Below, in pieces: positions 26,721-36,444 of a stretch of 64,000 nucleotides of DNA (the first letter of the stretch is position 1; each line of letters begins with the position of its first letter). A model generated the notes under the pieces. The model worked only from the letters and a program-made list of their open reading frames with translations, had not been told where the DNA came from and did no database searches. A program made the translations under genes and the position numbers. Source of the DNA: an uncultured bacterium (lineage in GTDB: Bacteria; Arandabacterota; Arandabacteria; Arandabacterales; Arandabacteraceae); the NCBI GenBank assembly GCA_964356335.1, contig CAYHHI010000012.1, forward strand, positions 2,766 to 66,765. Reading direction: 5' to 3'.

Positions 26721-27565
26721 AGTGCCTGAATAAGATGGCCGTTCTCGGCTATGAACTGCTCGAAAGTGGTTACCTCCAGCTCGTCCAGGATTCTCGAGAC
26801 CTTGCCATGTGTGGACCGCAGGTTGACATAGGATTTGAATCTCCGGCCGAGGTTCATGGGCAACCGAGGGTGGCCGGGATCTATTTCGCGCGGATGGATA
26901 TAGAAAATCACGGGTCTACCCTCTTTCAAGACCTTGGAGGCCATTCTCTTGATCACACAATAAGGTGAAACGCGCAGGTAACCACCACCGAAGAAACACA
27001 TGGGCTTTCCCAGAACTCTGGTTACGGTGATTGGAAACTCAAGAAGGCGACCGCAGTTCCTTGCCACCCAGTGGGGAGCGCAATTGCTTGGCTGGAGTCC
27101 CCCGTGCCCCCTGCGAGCCGGAAAGACCGAGGAATCGTAAAGGTAACCAGCCTCAATCACCTTCTCAAAGAACCAGGGCGCGGCCGCAGTTGCAGAGAAA
27201 CCTGGAGATCGATATCCTATCACGGCACGGCCGATCATACCCTCAAGGACATCCTTGGACTTCTTTGCGTCGCGTGAGAACTCGTCCTGGGTCATCTCGT
27301 AGATCAACCTATGCGAATAGCCATGGGAAGCTATCTCGTGTCCTCGGCTGCTCGCTTCGAGCACGAGCCGGGGAAACTTCTCAGCCACCCATCCCAGGAA
27401 GAAACACGTAACGTGCACCTTCTTTTCGCTGAAGATGTCCAGCAAGCGCATGAGGCTTTTTTCCACACGAGACGGCAGCACGTCCCACTCGGCAATCTGA
27501 GGACTTGACGGCATATCCAGTATGTGAAACCAGTCCTCGACGTCCACGGAGAATATGCACTTCAT
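26717..27565 (-). CDS. polysaccharide deacetylase family protein (DUF3473-containing, exopolysaccharide-locus type)
   Basis: N-terminal FSVDVEDWFH, HGYSH metal-binding motif. 282 aa. Confidence 0.8.
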   Translation of the reverse strand: MKCIFSVDVEDWFHILDMPSSPQIAEWDVLPSRVEKSLMRLLDIFSEKKVHVTCFFLGWVAEKFPRLVLEASSRGHEIASHGYSHRLIYEMTQDEFSRDAKKSKDVLEGMIGRAVIGYRSPGFSATAAAPWFFEKVIEAGYLYDSSVFPARRGHGGLQPSNCAPHWVARNCGRLLEFPITVTRVLGKPMCFFGGGYLRVSPYCVIKRMASKVLKEGRPVIFYIHPREIDPGHPRLPMNLGRRFKSYVNLRSTHGKVSRILDELEVTTFEQFIAENGHLIQAL

Positions 27566-28752
27566 TGCCGAGATCCTTTGAGATCATACCCCAGAATCCG
27601 GGTCCAGACGTCCTCGACACTGATCTCGCGCATGCAGACCGGGTTGTCGCAATCACGCACTTTGCCCTTATGGATCTCCACGCAGGGGCTACAGCTCAAT
27701 TGTTTGTAGATGGAAGCATTCCTCTTGCCCACAGGCGCATAGCGGCAAGGTGATTCAGGCCCGAAAAGACCGATCGTTGGGGTGCCGACCGCGGCAGCAA
27801 TATGCATGGGGCCGGTGTCGTTGCTTAAGAACAGATCACACCTTTTGGCCAATGCGGCAACCTGCTTTGTATCGAACTCGCCGCCACTATCGTAAGCAGT
27901 CCGGTCTCCGACAAGCGACATGATCTGTTGGATCAATCCACGTTCCTGGGTCGTACCAGTCAGAATGACCTTGGCTCCCCAGTTGACTTGCAGGCGTCGG
28001 ATGATCTCTGCGAAGTTCTCCTTGTCCCATCTCTTGTGCGGAGCTCTTGGGCCCGACCCGGCATGGATTCCAATCACCAGATCAGTGCTGCAGATTCCCC
28101 TATTGGCGAGCCACCTGGCAACCTTAGCCTCATCATCAGCGCCTATGTGAATGCCCTCCAGCGTATCAACGGGAGGCGAATCGATACCCAGCGGCCGCAG
28201 GAGATTCATATACGAATCGACCATGTTGCAATCGGAATCGAGATGGATGGGATCGGTATACAGGCTTCCCCTCAGACTGCGGTTGTAATAGAACCCGATT
28301 CGTCTCGATGCACCTGTGAGGTATGCCAGAACCGATGTCAATCGGAAATGTTGCTCGAAGTCCATGACGCAATCGAACCGCTTGTTTCGTAGGAGGCGAA
28401 TGAGTCTCGCAAACCCCAGCACGCCTCTCTCCCAGGTGAGATCATTGTAGACGATTACCTCATCGATTGATGGCTGGCCAATCACGATCCCCGACGAAAG
28501 CGAGGTGACCAAGGCGCTGATCTTTGCGTCCGGGAAATGCCGGCGCAGGCACTGTATCGGGGTCAACATGAGCACGGTGTCGCCGATGCCAACCATCTTG
28601 ATGATGAGAATGTTCTTTGGCGCTGGCTCGAGCGTGAGATCGGTACGAGACCTCTTTGCGCTTGGGCGTAAGATCCGATCATAGACAACTATGCACAGGG
28701 CAATCAGCTGCCCGAGCGACCTGTCAACTAGTCTTAAGAGTTTTCGTCGCAT
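27562..28752 (-). CDS. glycosyltransferase family 9 (heptosyltransferase-like)
   Basis: C-terminal LFLSNDTGPMHIAAAVGTPTIGLFGP is typical of the GT9 ADP-heptose transferases. Confidence 0.85.
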   Translation of the reverse strand: MRRKLLRLVDRSLGQLIALCIVVYDRILRPSAKRSRTDLTLEPAPKNILIIKMVGIGDTVLMLTPIQCLRRHFPDAKISALVTSLSSGIVIGQPSIDEVIVYNDLTWERGVLGFARLIRLLRNKRFDCVMDFEQHFRLTSVLAYLTGASRRIGFYYNRSLRGSLYTDPIHLDSDCNMVDSYMNLLRPLGIDSPPVDTLEGIHIGADDEAKVARWLANRGICSTDLVIGIHAGSGPRAPHKRWDKENFAEIIRRLQVNWGAKVILTGTTQERGLIQQIMSLVGDRTAYDSGGEFDTKQVAALAKRCDLFLSNDTGPMHIAAAVGTPTIGLFGPESPCRYAPVGKRNASIYKQLSCSPCVEIHKGKVRDCDNPVCMREISVEDVWTRILGYDLKGSRQ

Positions 28753-28796
28753 AGACGATCAGTGTTCCGGAGTCGTCGGTCCCGATATGAAAATAC

Positions 28797-28873
<77 letters not shown>

Positions 28874-29102
28874 CCAGGTTCTATCCGATTCAAATTCTAT
28901 TCCGGTAACTCGGACCCCTCGGTCTGGGCTCCCGTTTGGGCTCGTGAGCTCATCCGTGAGATTCTATTTAAGCACGTTCATCCCAAGAAGGCAAGTCCAA
29001 CCGTCGCGTGTCCCCCTTAATCTACCATGTTCTCGCATTTTGGCAAAGTGCCATGTGCAGAGCTTGTCGAAAAACCCTCTTTCTCGAGACCTCTTTCCGT
29101 CA

Positions 29103-29873
29103 CTAAAGTGATAGGTTCCATGACCTTATGGTATCCAATGCCTTGTAGTCTGTGAGGTCGAGATGAAGCGGCGTGACCGAGATCATGCCCGCCTCCACAG
29201 CATCGAAATCAGTTTCTTCCCCCGGGCACCAGATCGGGGGCTTCCCCCCGATCCAATAGTAATCCCTGCCCCGCGGGTCGGTTTTCTTCACGACAGCATC
29301 CTGATAAACCCGCTTACCCATCTTGGTCACTTTGACTCCCTTTATCTCTTCGGGAGAAAGCGATGGCACATTGACGTTCAGGAGAGCGCCATTAGGCAGG
29401 CCATGCTCGAGCACCGCCTTGACTATCTTCGGCGCGAACGCTTTCGCTGCTTCGAAATTGCAGTCATGCCATGACGTCACCGATATCGCAATTGACGGCA
29501 ATCCCAGGAGCGTGCCCTCAAATGCGGCGGCCACAGTCCCTGAGTAGGTGACATCGTCACCAAGATTCGGCCCGTGATTCACACCCGATATGAGAATGTC
29601 GGGCTTTCTCTCAATCAGCCCGCGCATCGCGAGAAGCACACAATCGGTCGGTGTCCCATCCACCGATATGGTGTCCTCGCTGACCCAGTTCATCCTGAGC
29701 GGGCTTGTCAGGGTAAGGGCATGACTGGCTGCGCTCTGCTCGCGCTCCGGAGCCACCACGATAACCTTGCCGAGGTGCGACACCGCTTGCTTCAAGGCTT
29801 GGATACCCGCTGCCCTGAAGCCGTCGTCGTTCGTCAGAAGGATCTGTACTTCACTTGCTCTGTTCTCTGCCAA
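29103..29873 (-). CDS. surE: 5'/3'-nucleotidase SurE
   Basis: ILLTNDDGFRAAGIQAL N-terminal signature and GVNHGPNLG. 256 aa. Confidence 0.95.
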   Translation of the reverse strand: MAENRASEVQILLTNDDGFRAAGIQALKQAVSHLGKVIVVAPEREQSAASHALTLTSPLRMNWVSEDTISVDGTPTDCVLLAMRGLIERKPDILISGVNHGPNLGDDVTYSGTVAAAFEGTLLGLPSIAISVTSWHDCNFEAAKAFAPKIVKAVLEHGLPNGALLNVNVPSLSPEEIKGVKVTKMGKRVYQDAVVKKTDPRGRDYYWIGGKPPIWCPGEETDFDAVEAGMISVTPLHLDLTDYKALDTIRSWNLSL

Positions 29874-30591
29874 CTCGCTCGAACCTCCAGAAGATACTCT
29901 TGATTATGAGTCCCATGAACAGGAGAGGCTGTTTCAACGGGTGGACATAGCTCTTCTCACCAGCGTAGATCGTGGAGACAGCAGCCGCTTCAATCGTGAA
30001 GCCTCTCGATACCGCCTTTATAAGGATCTCGCTCTCGGCGCCGTAGCCTCTTGACGACGTCTTGACGTTCTCAATGACTCGGCGGGACAAGAGCCTGAAA
30101 CCCGACTGGGAATCATGTATGTACTTGCCTGAGGACAGCGACACGAGGAATGAGCTCAGGGTATTGGTCATTACTCGCAAAAGAGGCATCCGGGTGACGT
30201 CGCGCTTGCGCGTTCCGATTATGATGTCAGCCTTGGTGACAAGCCAGCGGTCTATGAGTTTCGGAATCTCGTCAGGGGAGTGCTGGCCGTCGGCGTCAAG
30301 CGTCACGATGGCCTTGAGATCGGTCTTCAGGAAATGCTCAAAGCCTGTGCGGAGGGCAGCCCCCTTGCCCATGTTCCGAGAGTGGCTCCTTACGAGTGCA
30401 CCAGCTTCTCTTGCGTTCTTGGCAGTCATATCAGTCGAACCGTCGTCAATAACAAGAGTTGTGAGGTCAGGGCCGAGGAGCGCGACCTCCTTCACCACTC
30501 TGGCAATCGATTCCCCTGCATTATATGCAGGAATCAGAACCATTATTGACCTATATGTGCCGCTCGGCTGAGTTGGCGTCTGACGATTCAT
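29851..30591 (-). CDS. glycosyltransferase family 2 (polyprenol-phosphate sugar transferase-like)
   Basis: VLIPAYNAGESI, VIDDGSTD, LDADGQH (DxD region). 246 aa. Confidence 0.85.
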   Translation of the reverse strand: MNRQTPTQPSGTYRSIMVLIPAYNAGESIARVVKEVALLGPDLTTLVIDDGSTDMTAKNAREAGALVRSHSRNMGKGAALRTGFEHFLKTDLKAIVTLDADGQHSPDEIPKLIDRWLVTKADIIIGTRKRDVTRMPLLRVMTNTLSSFLVSLSSGKYIHDSQSGFRLLSRRVIENVKTSSRGYGAESEILIKAVSRGFTIEAAAVSTIYAGEKSYVHPLKQPLLFMGLIIKSIFWRFERVGREQSK

Positions 30592-30603
30592 CGAGTTGAG
30601 CGC

Positions 30604-31446
30604 TCACTCCCCAATCTTGTCAAAACGGTACCACTGCTCAGGATATTTCTCTACATATTTCTCGAAGGCCCTCAAACACTCGGCGACGATTGCTTCCGTC
30701 CCCGGGCCGTCCGCGGGCCGAGCCAGGATTGGCTGCTCAGAGTCAAGGCGATACTTGCCGTCCTCCTGCCTAAGGCAGAAGACCGGGATTACTGGGACCC
30801 CCTTTGACACAGCCAATCCGGCGTAGGCTGAAGGGACATTCGTCAATGCGCCGAAGAATCTCGCAGGCATACCCTGGCCCGTGAAATCCCGGTCAGCCGC
30901 GATCCCGAGGGAAGATGTGTCGAGTACGGAAGAGAGATTTCTGGCTGTCGATCTTACCGACAGAACCTTCAAGCCCTTTGCCTCCCTCCTCTTCCTGAAG
31001 ATGGCTGCGATTCTCCGGTCAGGGTGGTCATAGACTATGACATGGAGATCGATCCCGAGCATTGCAGCAGCGGCAGCCGCAAGTTCCCAGTTTCCAAGAT
31101 GGGCCGTTACCACAATCGCGGGCCGTCCGCCCAGGGCCTCCCTGATTCTCTCGAAGCTTTCGATGTCCACGTAGGCTCGGAGATTCTTGAGGTTTGTCCT
31201 GGGCAGATAAAGGAAGTCTGCGACTGCCTCGGCAAAGTTCCTTACGGCCTTGTGGGCGACCTTCCTCCTCCGGGCTTGGTCTTGCGCCAGAGACGGAATC
31301 AAGGCCAGGTTGTGGTCGAGATTACGCCTCAGAGATGGACTCGCGGCATACCAGATGTCCCCGACAAGATCTGCCAGCCAGTAGGCAAGTGTCCTGGGCA
31401 CTATCGCCGTGACAAGGCTTGCTACCAGGTAACCGAAGTAAAGCAC
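30604..31446 (-). CDS. lipid A biosynthesis (LpxL/LpxM-type) lysophospholipid acyltransferase
   Basis: N-terminal membrane anchor, VVTAHLGNWELA (H-x4-E/D acyltransferase motif region), GTG start with AGAGGGGTGG upstream. Confidence 0.7.
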   Translation of the reverse strand: MLYFGYLVASLVTAIVPRTLAYWLADLVGDIWYAASPSLRRNLDHNLALIPSLAQDQARRRKVAHKAVRNFAEAVADFLYLPRTNLKNLRAYVDIESFERIREALGGRPAIVVTAHLGNWELAAAAAAMLGIDLHVIVYDHPDRRIAAIFRKRREAKGLKVLSVRSTARNLSSVLDTSSLGIAADRDFTGQGMPARFFGALTNVPSAYAGLAVSKGVPVIPVFCLRQEDGKYRLDSEQPILARPADGPGTEAIVAECLRAFEKYVEKYPEQWYRFDKIGE

Positions 31447-31594
31447 CTCAAAGCCACCCCTCTATTGTGCCGAAAGGCATGACCGACACAGACATGCGGA
31501 TCCGCTACTGATTGCCAGAGAGCCCGCCAGGTCTCTCCAGCAATATAATATCTCTCTCGGCGACTTCAAAGTCGGAACGCGGGAGGCCAACCAA

Positions 31595-32425
31595 TCAACC
31601 CTTCAACGCTCCCCGCGTTACGTCTTGAATCACGTACCTCTGGAAGACTGTCGAAAGAACCACCAGGGGTATACTCACCAGGGCGGATGCCGCCATGATG
31701 TATCCCCAGGGTATCTCCCCGTGCAGACCCTCAAAGAGGGCAATACCCACAGGAATCGTCCGTGCGTGGTGGTCCGTTGTGAGCATGAGAGCAAAGAGGA
31801 ATTCGTTGAACGCCGCTATGAAAATGAGAAGTATTGCAGAGAGGACCCCAGGGGCCGAGATCGGTAAGATCACCTTGCGAAATACGGTGAAGCGCCCGGC
31901 GCCGTCAACCAGGGCGGCGTCATCGAAATCCCGCGGGATCTGCATTATGTAGCTCAGAAGAATCCAGAAGGCCAGGGGTATCGTCCACGCTATGTAGGGA
32001 AGGATGAGCGCCGGATAGGTATTGATTAGACCGGCGAAGCGCATCAGCTTGTACAGGTAGCCGATGATGCTTATCTGCGGGAACATCGAGAAGGCCAGGA
32101 CGGCAAGGGCGAACAGCACACGGCCACGGAAGTCAATCCGCGAGACTGCGTAGGCGGCGACGGCAGCTACGAGGGCGCAGGCGGTACTGACGATCCCTCC
32201 TACCGCGAGACTGTTCTTGATGTATCCGAGGAAGTGCAGAGACTTGATAGTCAGGATATCTCCGTAGTTTTTGAGGGTCACTCGAAATGCAACCCCATGC
32301 CCGAGAAAGTCGGGATTCCGGCTGAACGAGACCGTGAGCATCCAGATAAAAGGAGCCAGCGAAAAGACAATCAGGAAGCCGATGCCAGCCACGAGGAGAA
32401 TGGTTCTTACGCCTTTCTCGTTCAT
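31595..32425 (-). CDS. carbohydrate ABC transporter permease (MalG-like)
   Basis: Six TM segments and the EAA-loop-like DDAALVDGAGRFTVFRKVILP. Confidence 0.9.
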   Translation of the reverse strand: MNEKGVRTILLVAGIGFLIVFSLAPFIWMLTVSFSRNPDFLGHGVAFRVTLKNYGDILTIKSLHFLGYIKNSLAVGGIVSTACALVAAVAAYAVSRIDFRGRVLFALAVLAFSMFPQISIIGYLYKLMRFAGLINTYPALILPYIAWTIPLAFWILLSYIMQIPRDFDDAALVDGAGRFTVFRKVILPISAPGVLSAILLIFIAAFNEFLFALMLTTDHHARTIPVGIALFEGLHGEIPWGYIMAASALVSIPLVVLSTVFQRYVIQDVTRGALKG

Positions 32426-33300
32426 CGTAAGGCCTTTCCGAAGCCACCTGCCCTGAGATATGAGATCGAAAGCAAGAAGGCCAGGAGAAAGACAACGACA
32501 GCTATTGTTGACCCATATCCGAAGTCGCCCTCATTGAAAAACTTGTATCCATAAAGCGAGAGTGACGTGGTCGATCCCCCGGGTCCACCATCAGTCACAA
32601 CGTAGATGAGATCAAGTATTCTGATGGCATCGATGGTTCTGAAGATGAGGGCTACGGCGACCACCGGCTTCAAGACCGGAAGCGTGATCTTGAAGAATCT
32701 CTGGTGAAAACGGGTCCCGTCAACCTTGGCCTGCTCATAGATCTCTTCGGGAATTGTCTGAAGGCCGGCCAAGAGAATTATGGCGACGAAGGACGTAGTC
32801 TTCCAGACGTCCGCTATGACCAGGGCGGTAAAGGCGCTGGCAGGGGTTCCAAGCCAGTTAACCGGTGCGCTCGAGATGTGGGTGATGTGGCCAAGATAGT
32901 TGGCGAGCCCATAGCTGTAATTGTATACGAGCTCCCACGTCCTCGCCGCCACGATCGTCGGCACCGCCCACGGTATCAACACAGTCGCCCGCAAGGCATT
33001 GCGGAAACGCAGCTTCTCATTGAGGATGAGCGCGAAAATCATGCCAAGGGTCATCTCCACGGGCACGGAGATCCCGACGAACAGGACCGTGAACGTCAAT
33101 GATCGCCAGAAATTGGAATCACCCAAAAGCCTTTGGTAGTTTGAAAGAAAGACGAATCTGTGCGGAAGATAGGTCACATCGCGGAAAAGGCTTGTCCAGA
33201 AAGTTCCCAGGACCGGCACGACCACGAACACCAGGATAGTAAGCGCCAGCGGGAGAATGAAGCCGTATGCGGCCAAACGCTCCCTGCCCGATCGCGGCAT
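32422..33300 (-). CDS. carbohydrate ABC transporter permease (MalF-like)
   Basis: EAA loop YEQAKVDGTRFHQRFFKITLP. Start moved to MPRSGRERLAAYGF (ATG 33300), which avoids overlap with the binding-protein gene. Confidence 0.88.
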   Translation of the reverse strand: MPRSGRERLAAYGFILPLALTILVFVVVPVLGTFWTSLFRDVTYLPHRFVFLSNYQRLLGDSNFWRSLTFTVLFVGISVPVEMTLGMIFALILNEKLRFRNALRATVLIPWAVPTIVAARTWELVYNYSYGLANYLGHITHISSAPVNWLGTPASAFTALVIADVWKTTSFVAIILLAGLQTIPEEIYEQAKVDGTRFHQRFFKITLPVLKPVVAVALIFRTIDAIRILDLIYVVTDGGPGGSTTSLSLYGYKFFNEGDFGYGSTIAVVVFLLAFLLSISYLRAGGFGKALR

Positions 33301-33325
33301 TGGAATCGTGCGCAACCCGGCTCCC

Positions 33326-34615
33326 TTATTGCTTGTAAGTCTCGACCACGGCACGCGCTTCGCTCTGGGCCTGCCGGAGCGCCGCCTCCGGCGTGGTAAT
33401 TCCTGAGAGAGCGGCATTCACCTTTGCCTGGAGAACTCGGGATAAGAGACTATAGTAAGGCACACTCGGACGCGCTGAAGCCGTGGTGAAGACTCCCTTC
33501 AGGGTGACCAGGTGGGGTGCGCGCCTGAGAAGCTCCTGTGCATCGTAGACGTCCTGCCTGGCTGGATTCCACCCGAGGTTGAGAGCAAAGCCGAGCTGGG
33601 TGTCCCGCGCGATTATGAACTTCACCAGCTCCCAGCTTGCCTTCTTGTTATCGCTCGACCTTGAAATGCCGGCGTGCCAGCCCCCGAGCGCGGCGACATG
33701 CCTGCCCATCTCGGCGCGCGGCAGAAGTGAGATGCCAACCTTGCCTTTGACTCGAGAGCCACCGCTCTCGTGGAGCCCCCAAGCATAAGGCCAGTTTCTC
33801 TCAAACAGGGCGCTGCCTCCCTCGAAGAAGGTCCGCACCTCTTCTTCCTTCATCTCGGTGTAAGTGTTAGGAGGGGATATCCTGTAAGTAGTGATAAGAT
33901 CCCTCATGAATTGCAGAGCGCCTATGTTCTCGGGCCTGTCAAGTGTAAGGTTTCCAGCGCGGTCAACAAGGCCTCCCCCGTTGGAGACCGCGAATTCAAG
34001 GAAGTCGCAGACGAGGCCTTCATACTGGGCACCCTGCCACACGAAACCCCAGAAGTCTGGATTGGCCGCCCGCTCGCCTTCCTGGACTGTACCTGCCATG
34101 TCCACAAGATCGCGCCACGTTTCTGGAGGGCCATCGTAGCCGTATTTCTCGATCAGGTCGGTTCTGTAATAGAGAAGTCCCGCATCGACATAGACGGGGA
34201 GAGCGACAACCTGGCCCACATACTTGTCAGCGAAGTCGATCATGCCAGGAAAAAAGGGGCTCAGGTCGAAACTGTCCTCGACCATGTAAGTGTCGAGAGG
34301 TTCGAGCCAGCCGGATGCTGCAAACTGGCCGATCCAGATGATATCCATGAGAAAGACGTCCGGGTCCCTCTCGTCCGCCTTGAGCGGCACGATAAGGCTC
34401 TGCCTGCGCTGGTCGGTGTCCGTGGGCTGCCTCATAAGACTGACCTGGACGCCTGAGGTCTCACCGAATTCGCGGACGATCTTCTCCCAGTAGTCGAGTT
34501 CAGCCGGCGCACCTCCTATCATCAGGGTCACCTGGGGCTTCTCCTCTGTGCAGGATGCCGTGAGAACCGCGAGTGCAAGCAGAGAGCATGCGAATAATCC
34601 AGAGAGCCTTCTCAT
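33326..34615 (-). CDS. ABC transporter extracellular solute-binding lipoprotein (family 1, sugar type)
   Basis: Start at MRRLSGLFACSLLALAVLTASC (lipobox), preceded by AGGAGG. The ORF-track N-terminal extension has no signal peptide. Confidence 0.85.
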   Translation of the reverse strand: MRRLSGLFACSLLALAVLTASCTEEKPQVTLMIGGAPAELDYWEKIVREFGETSGVQVSLMRQPTDTDQRRQSLIVPLKADERDPDVFLMDIIWIGQFAASGWLEPLDTYMVEDSFDLSPFFPGMIDFADKYVGQVVALPVYVDAGLLYYRTDLIEKYGYDGPPETWRDLVDMAGTVQEGERAANPDFWGFVWQGAQYEGLVCDFLEFAVSNGGGLVDRAGNLTLDRPENIGALQFMRDLITTYRISPPNTYTEMKEEEVRTFFEGGSALFERNWPYAWGLHESGGSRVKGKVGISLLPRAEMGRHVAALGGWHAGISRSSDNKKASWELVKFIIARDTQLGFALNLGWNPARQDVYDAQELLRRAPHLVTLKGVFTTASARPSVPYYSLLSRVLQAKVNAALSGITTPEAALRQAQSEARAVVETYKQ

Positions 34616-34719
34616 CTGTTTGGTCCTCCTGTTAAGCCTTTCCCCATAGAACCCTTCTACGGTCCTTACAATCCGGCGCACTCCCATGAGCAGTGACACC
34701 GGTGCGACTCCGCGGGGTA

Positions 34720-35811
34720 TCATCTGTCCCGTGTCACAGGACATTTCGATACGGTACCATCGGACCATTCAACATCCGGAAATGCGGGTGGAAGGCGATC
34801 ACCAACCAGCCGCGCGCGCCCCACCGCATACTCCAGGGTTTTTGTCTCGCCGGGTGCGAAGACAATCACAGGCGTTCTGGCAAGCAAAGTCCGGAACCCA
34901 CCGTCCAGCACCCTCGTCGTGTCGACGGCGATCCGAGGACTGTCATAGTCAAGCGACGCTACTCCCTCACCCGTGGAGTCCATCCAGGCAAATTGATTGG
35001 GAACTATGCCCTGCTTCGGATTGAAACAGACAAAGGCGGCCAGGAATTCCAATCTTCCGCTCCCGAAGTCGGCCTTGAGTGTGGGAGATATGTATGACGA
35101 AGTCCCATCCGGCAGGGTATCACTATCAATCGCCAGAGGATTACCGAGATCAATCATCCCGGCGAAGTAGCCGAGGTGTTCGGCATCGAATGCTCTCTGC
35201 CCTGTGACAAGGCCGTGACCCGGTGCGAAGCCTACGTCGTGCTTGCTTCCCTCAGCTCCTGCCCGAGGATGGTTGGACCAGATCAACCTGACAGAGTCCG
35301 GTGCCTGGCCAAGCCAGGTGAAGTCATAACGAATGATGAAACAGGGCTTTCCACGCCGCATCATTATGGTCCGCATAATGCCAACCGTATCGCGAGTCCC
35401 CGTGTTCTTGACGAACCGCCATGTCTGCTGCCATGAGATGGAGTCCACCGTCTCCTCGGTCTTCGTGAGTTCGATGTCTTTGATCTGGCTGTTTGCGCCC
35501 TGGGTGGTGACATCGGTGGCGCTTTCGAAAATCTCGCGCCGGTCCTCGAGCTCGAGTCGGTCGAAGCGCAAGAGCCTCTTGTGCGTGGCTCTGTTTATTC
35601 CGGTGGTCGGTCCCCATAATCTGAGATGAGGATTGACATCAGTGACCCACTGCAGATAGAGGGAGAGCGTGTCTCCGGTCTCATCGACCTCGATGAAGTC
35701 GTACCCGCTGTCGTTCTTGGCATTGTTGTACCAGCGGGTAAAGATGGTATCACGTTGGGTGCCTCGGGGGTGGAGCGTGAGCGAGCTTCCACAAGCGCCA
35801 TTCTGAGACAT
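34720..35811 (-). CDS. hypothetical protein (probably secreted), function unknown
   Basis: Long ORF with typical coding composition. The first in-frame ATG after the tRNA is at 35811. A non-ATG start further upstream (up to about 35913) would add a hydrophobic leader LRALLAGLVLFAPGIGLDCAA. The annotated N-terminus 35928-36033 is tRNA read-through. Confidence 0.55.
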   Translation of the reverse strand: MSQNGACGSSLTLHPRGTQRDTIFTRWYNNAKNDSGYDFIEVDETGDTLSLYLQWVTDVNPHLRLWGPTTGINRATHKRLLRFDRLELEDRREIFESATDVTTQGANSQIKDIELTKTEETVDSISWQQTWRFVKNTGTRDTVGIMRTIMMRRGKPCFIIRYDFTWLGQAPDSVRLIWSNHPRAGAEGSKHDVGFAPGHGLVTGQRAFDAEHLGYFAGMIDLGNPLAIDSDTLPDGTSSYISPTLKADFGSGRLEFLAAFVCFNPKQGIVPNQFAWMDSTGEGVASLDYDSPRIAVDTTRVLDGGFRTLLARTPVIVFAPGETKTLEYAVGRARLVGDRLPPAFPDVEWSDGTVSKCPVTRDR

Positions 35812-35927
35812 GTGTGAGTGAGCGCCTTTTGGGGTTTTCAAGGCGGCGCAGTCGAGGCCGATTCCCGGAGCAAAAAGAACAAGGCCCGCCAACAGTGCGC
35901 GGAGTGATAATGACCACCTAAATGGAC

Positions 35928-36004
35928 TGGTCGGGGCGACTGGATTTGAACCAGCGACCACTGGCCCCCCATGCCAGTGCGCTACCAGGCTGCGCCACGC
36001 CCCG
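35928..36004 (-). tRNA. tRNA-Pro (anticodon GGG)
   Basis: The reverse complement CGGGGCGTGGCGCAGCCTGGTAGCGCACTGGCATGGGGGGCCAGTGGTCGCTGGTTCAAATCCAGTCGCCCCGACCA has anticodon stem CTGGC/GCCAG and loop ATGGGGG; CCA encoded. Confidence 0.88.
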
Positions 36005-36074
36005 ACCTTTCCATTCGATTTAGAAGGTATCACAACCTACACCAGGCTTCAAGCCCAAATTGGGCGACACGAGA

Positions 36075-36431
36075 TCAACTGCTCTCGAGTATCTCCTTCA
36101 TCTCGAGAAGGTCTTTGCTGAGAGATTCAAGCAGATCATCCCGTTTGCTCTTCTTGGCGTGCTTCGGGACCTCGGGGTTTCCTTTGGCCTGAGGCAGCTT
36201 CTTCTTTGCCCCGGAGATCGTAAACCCATCCTCGTACAGAAGCTTCTTGATAAGAAGGACGATCTTTATGTCGCCCGAGCGGTAAATGCGGTTGCCGGCA
36301 CGGTTCTTCTTTGGCCTCAGGGCCTTGAACTCGGTCTCCCAGTAACGGAGAACATGAGGCCTGACACCGGTGATGCCGGCGACCTCGGTGATTGAATAAT
36401 AGAGCCTGGTGGGCGCCTTCTTTCTCATCAT
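36075..36431 (-). CDS. MerR family transcriptional regulator
   Basis: YSITEVAGITGVRPHVLRYWETEF...NRIYRSGDI is the MerR N-terminal HTH signature. 118 aa. Confidence 0.85.
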   Translation of the reverse strand: MMRKKAPTRLYYSITEVAGITGVRPHVLRYWETEFKALRPKKNRAGNRIYRSGDIKIVLLIKKLLYEDGFTISGAKKKLPQAKGNPEVPKHAKKSKRDDLLESLSKDLLEMKEILESS

Positions 36432-36444
36432 TGCTCTCCTCGTT

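Noticed and set aside
35928-36033. N-terminal parts of ORFs 34720-36033 and 39515-40984, and the whole ORF 63164-63454
   Set aside because: The peptides ..[18 protein letters not shown].., ..[15 protein letters not shown].. and ..GVAELADAEDLKSSG.. are translations through tRNA-Pro, tRNA-Gly and tRNA-Leu genes. The CDS starts were moved downstream and the third ORF was discarded.
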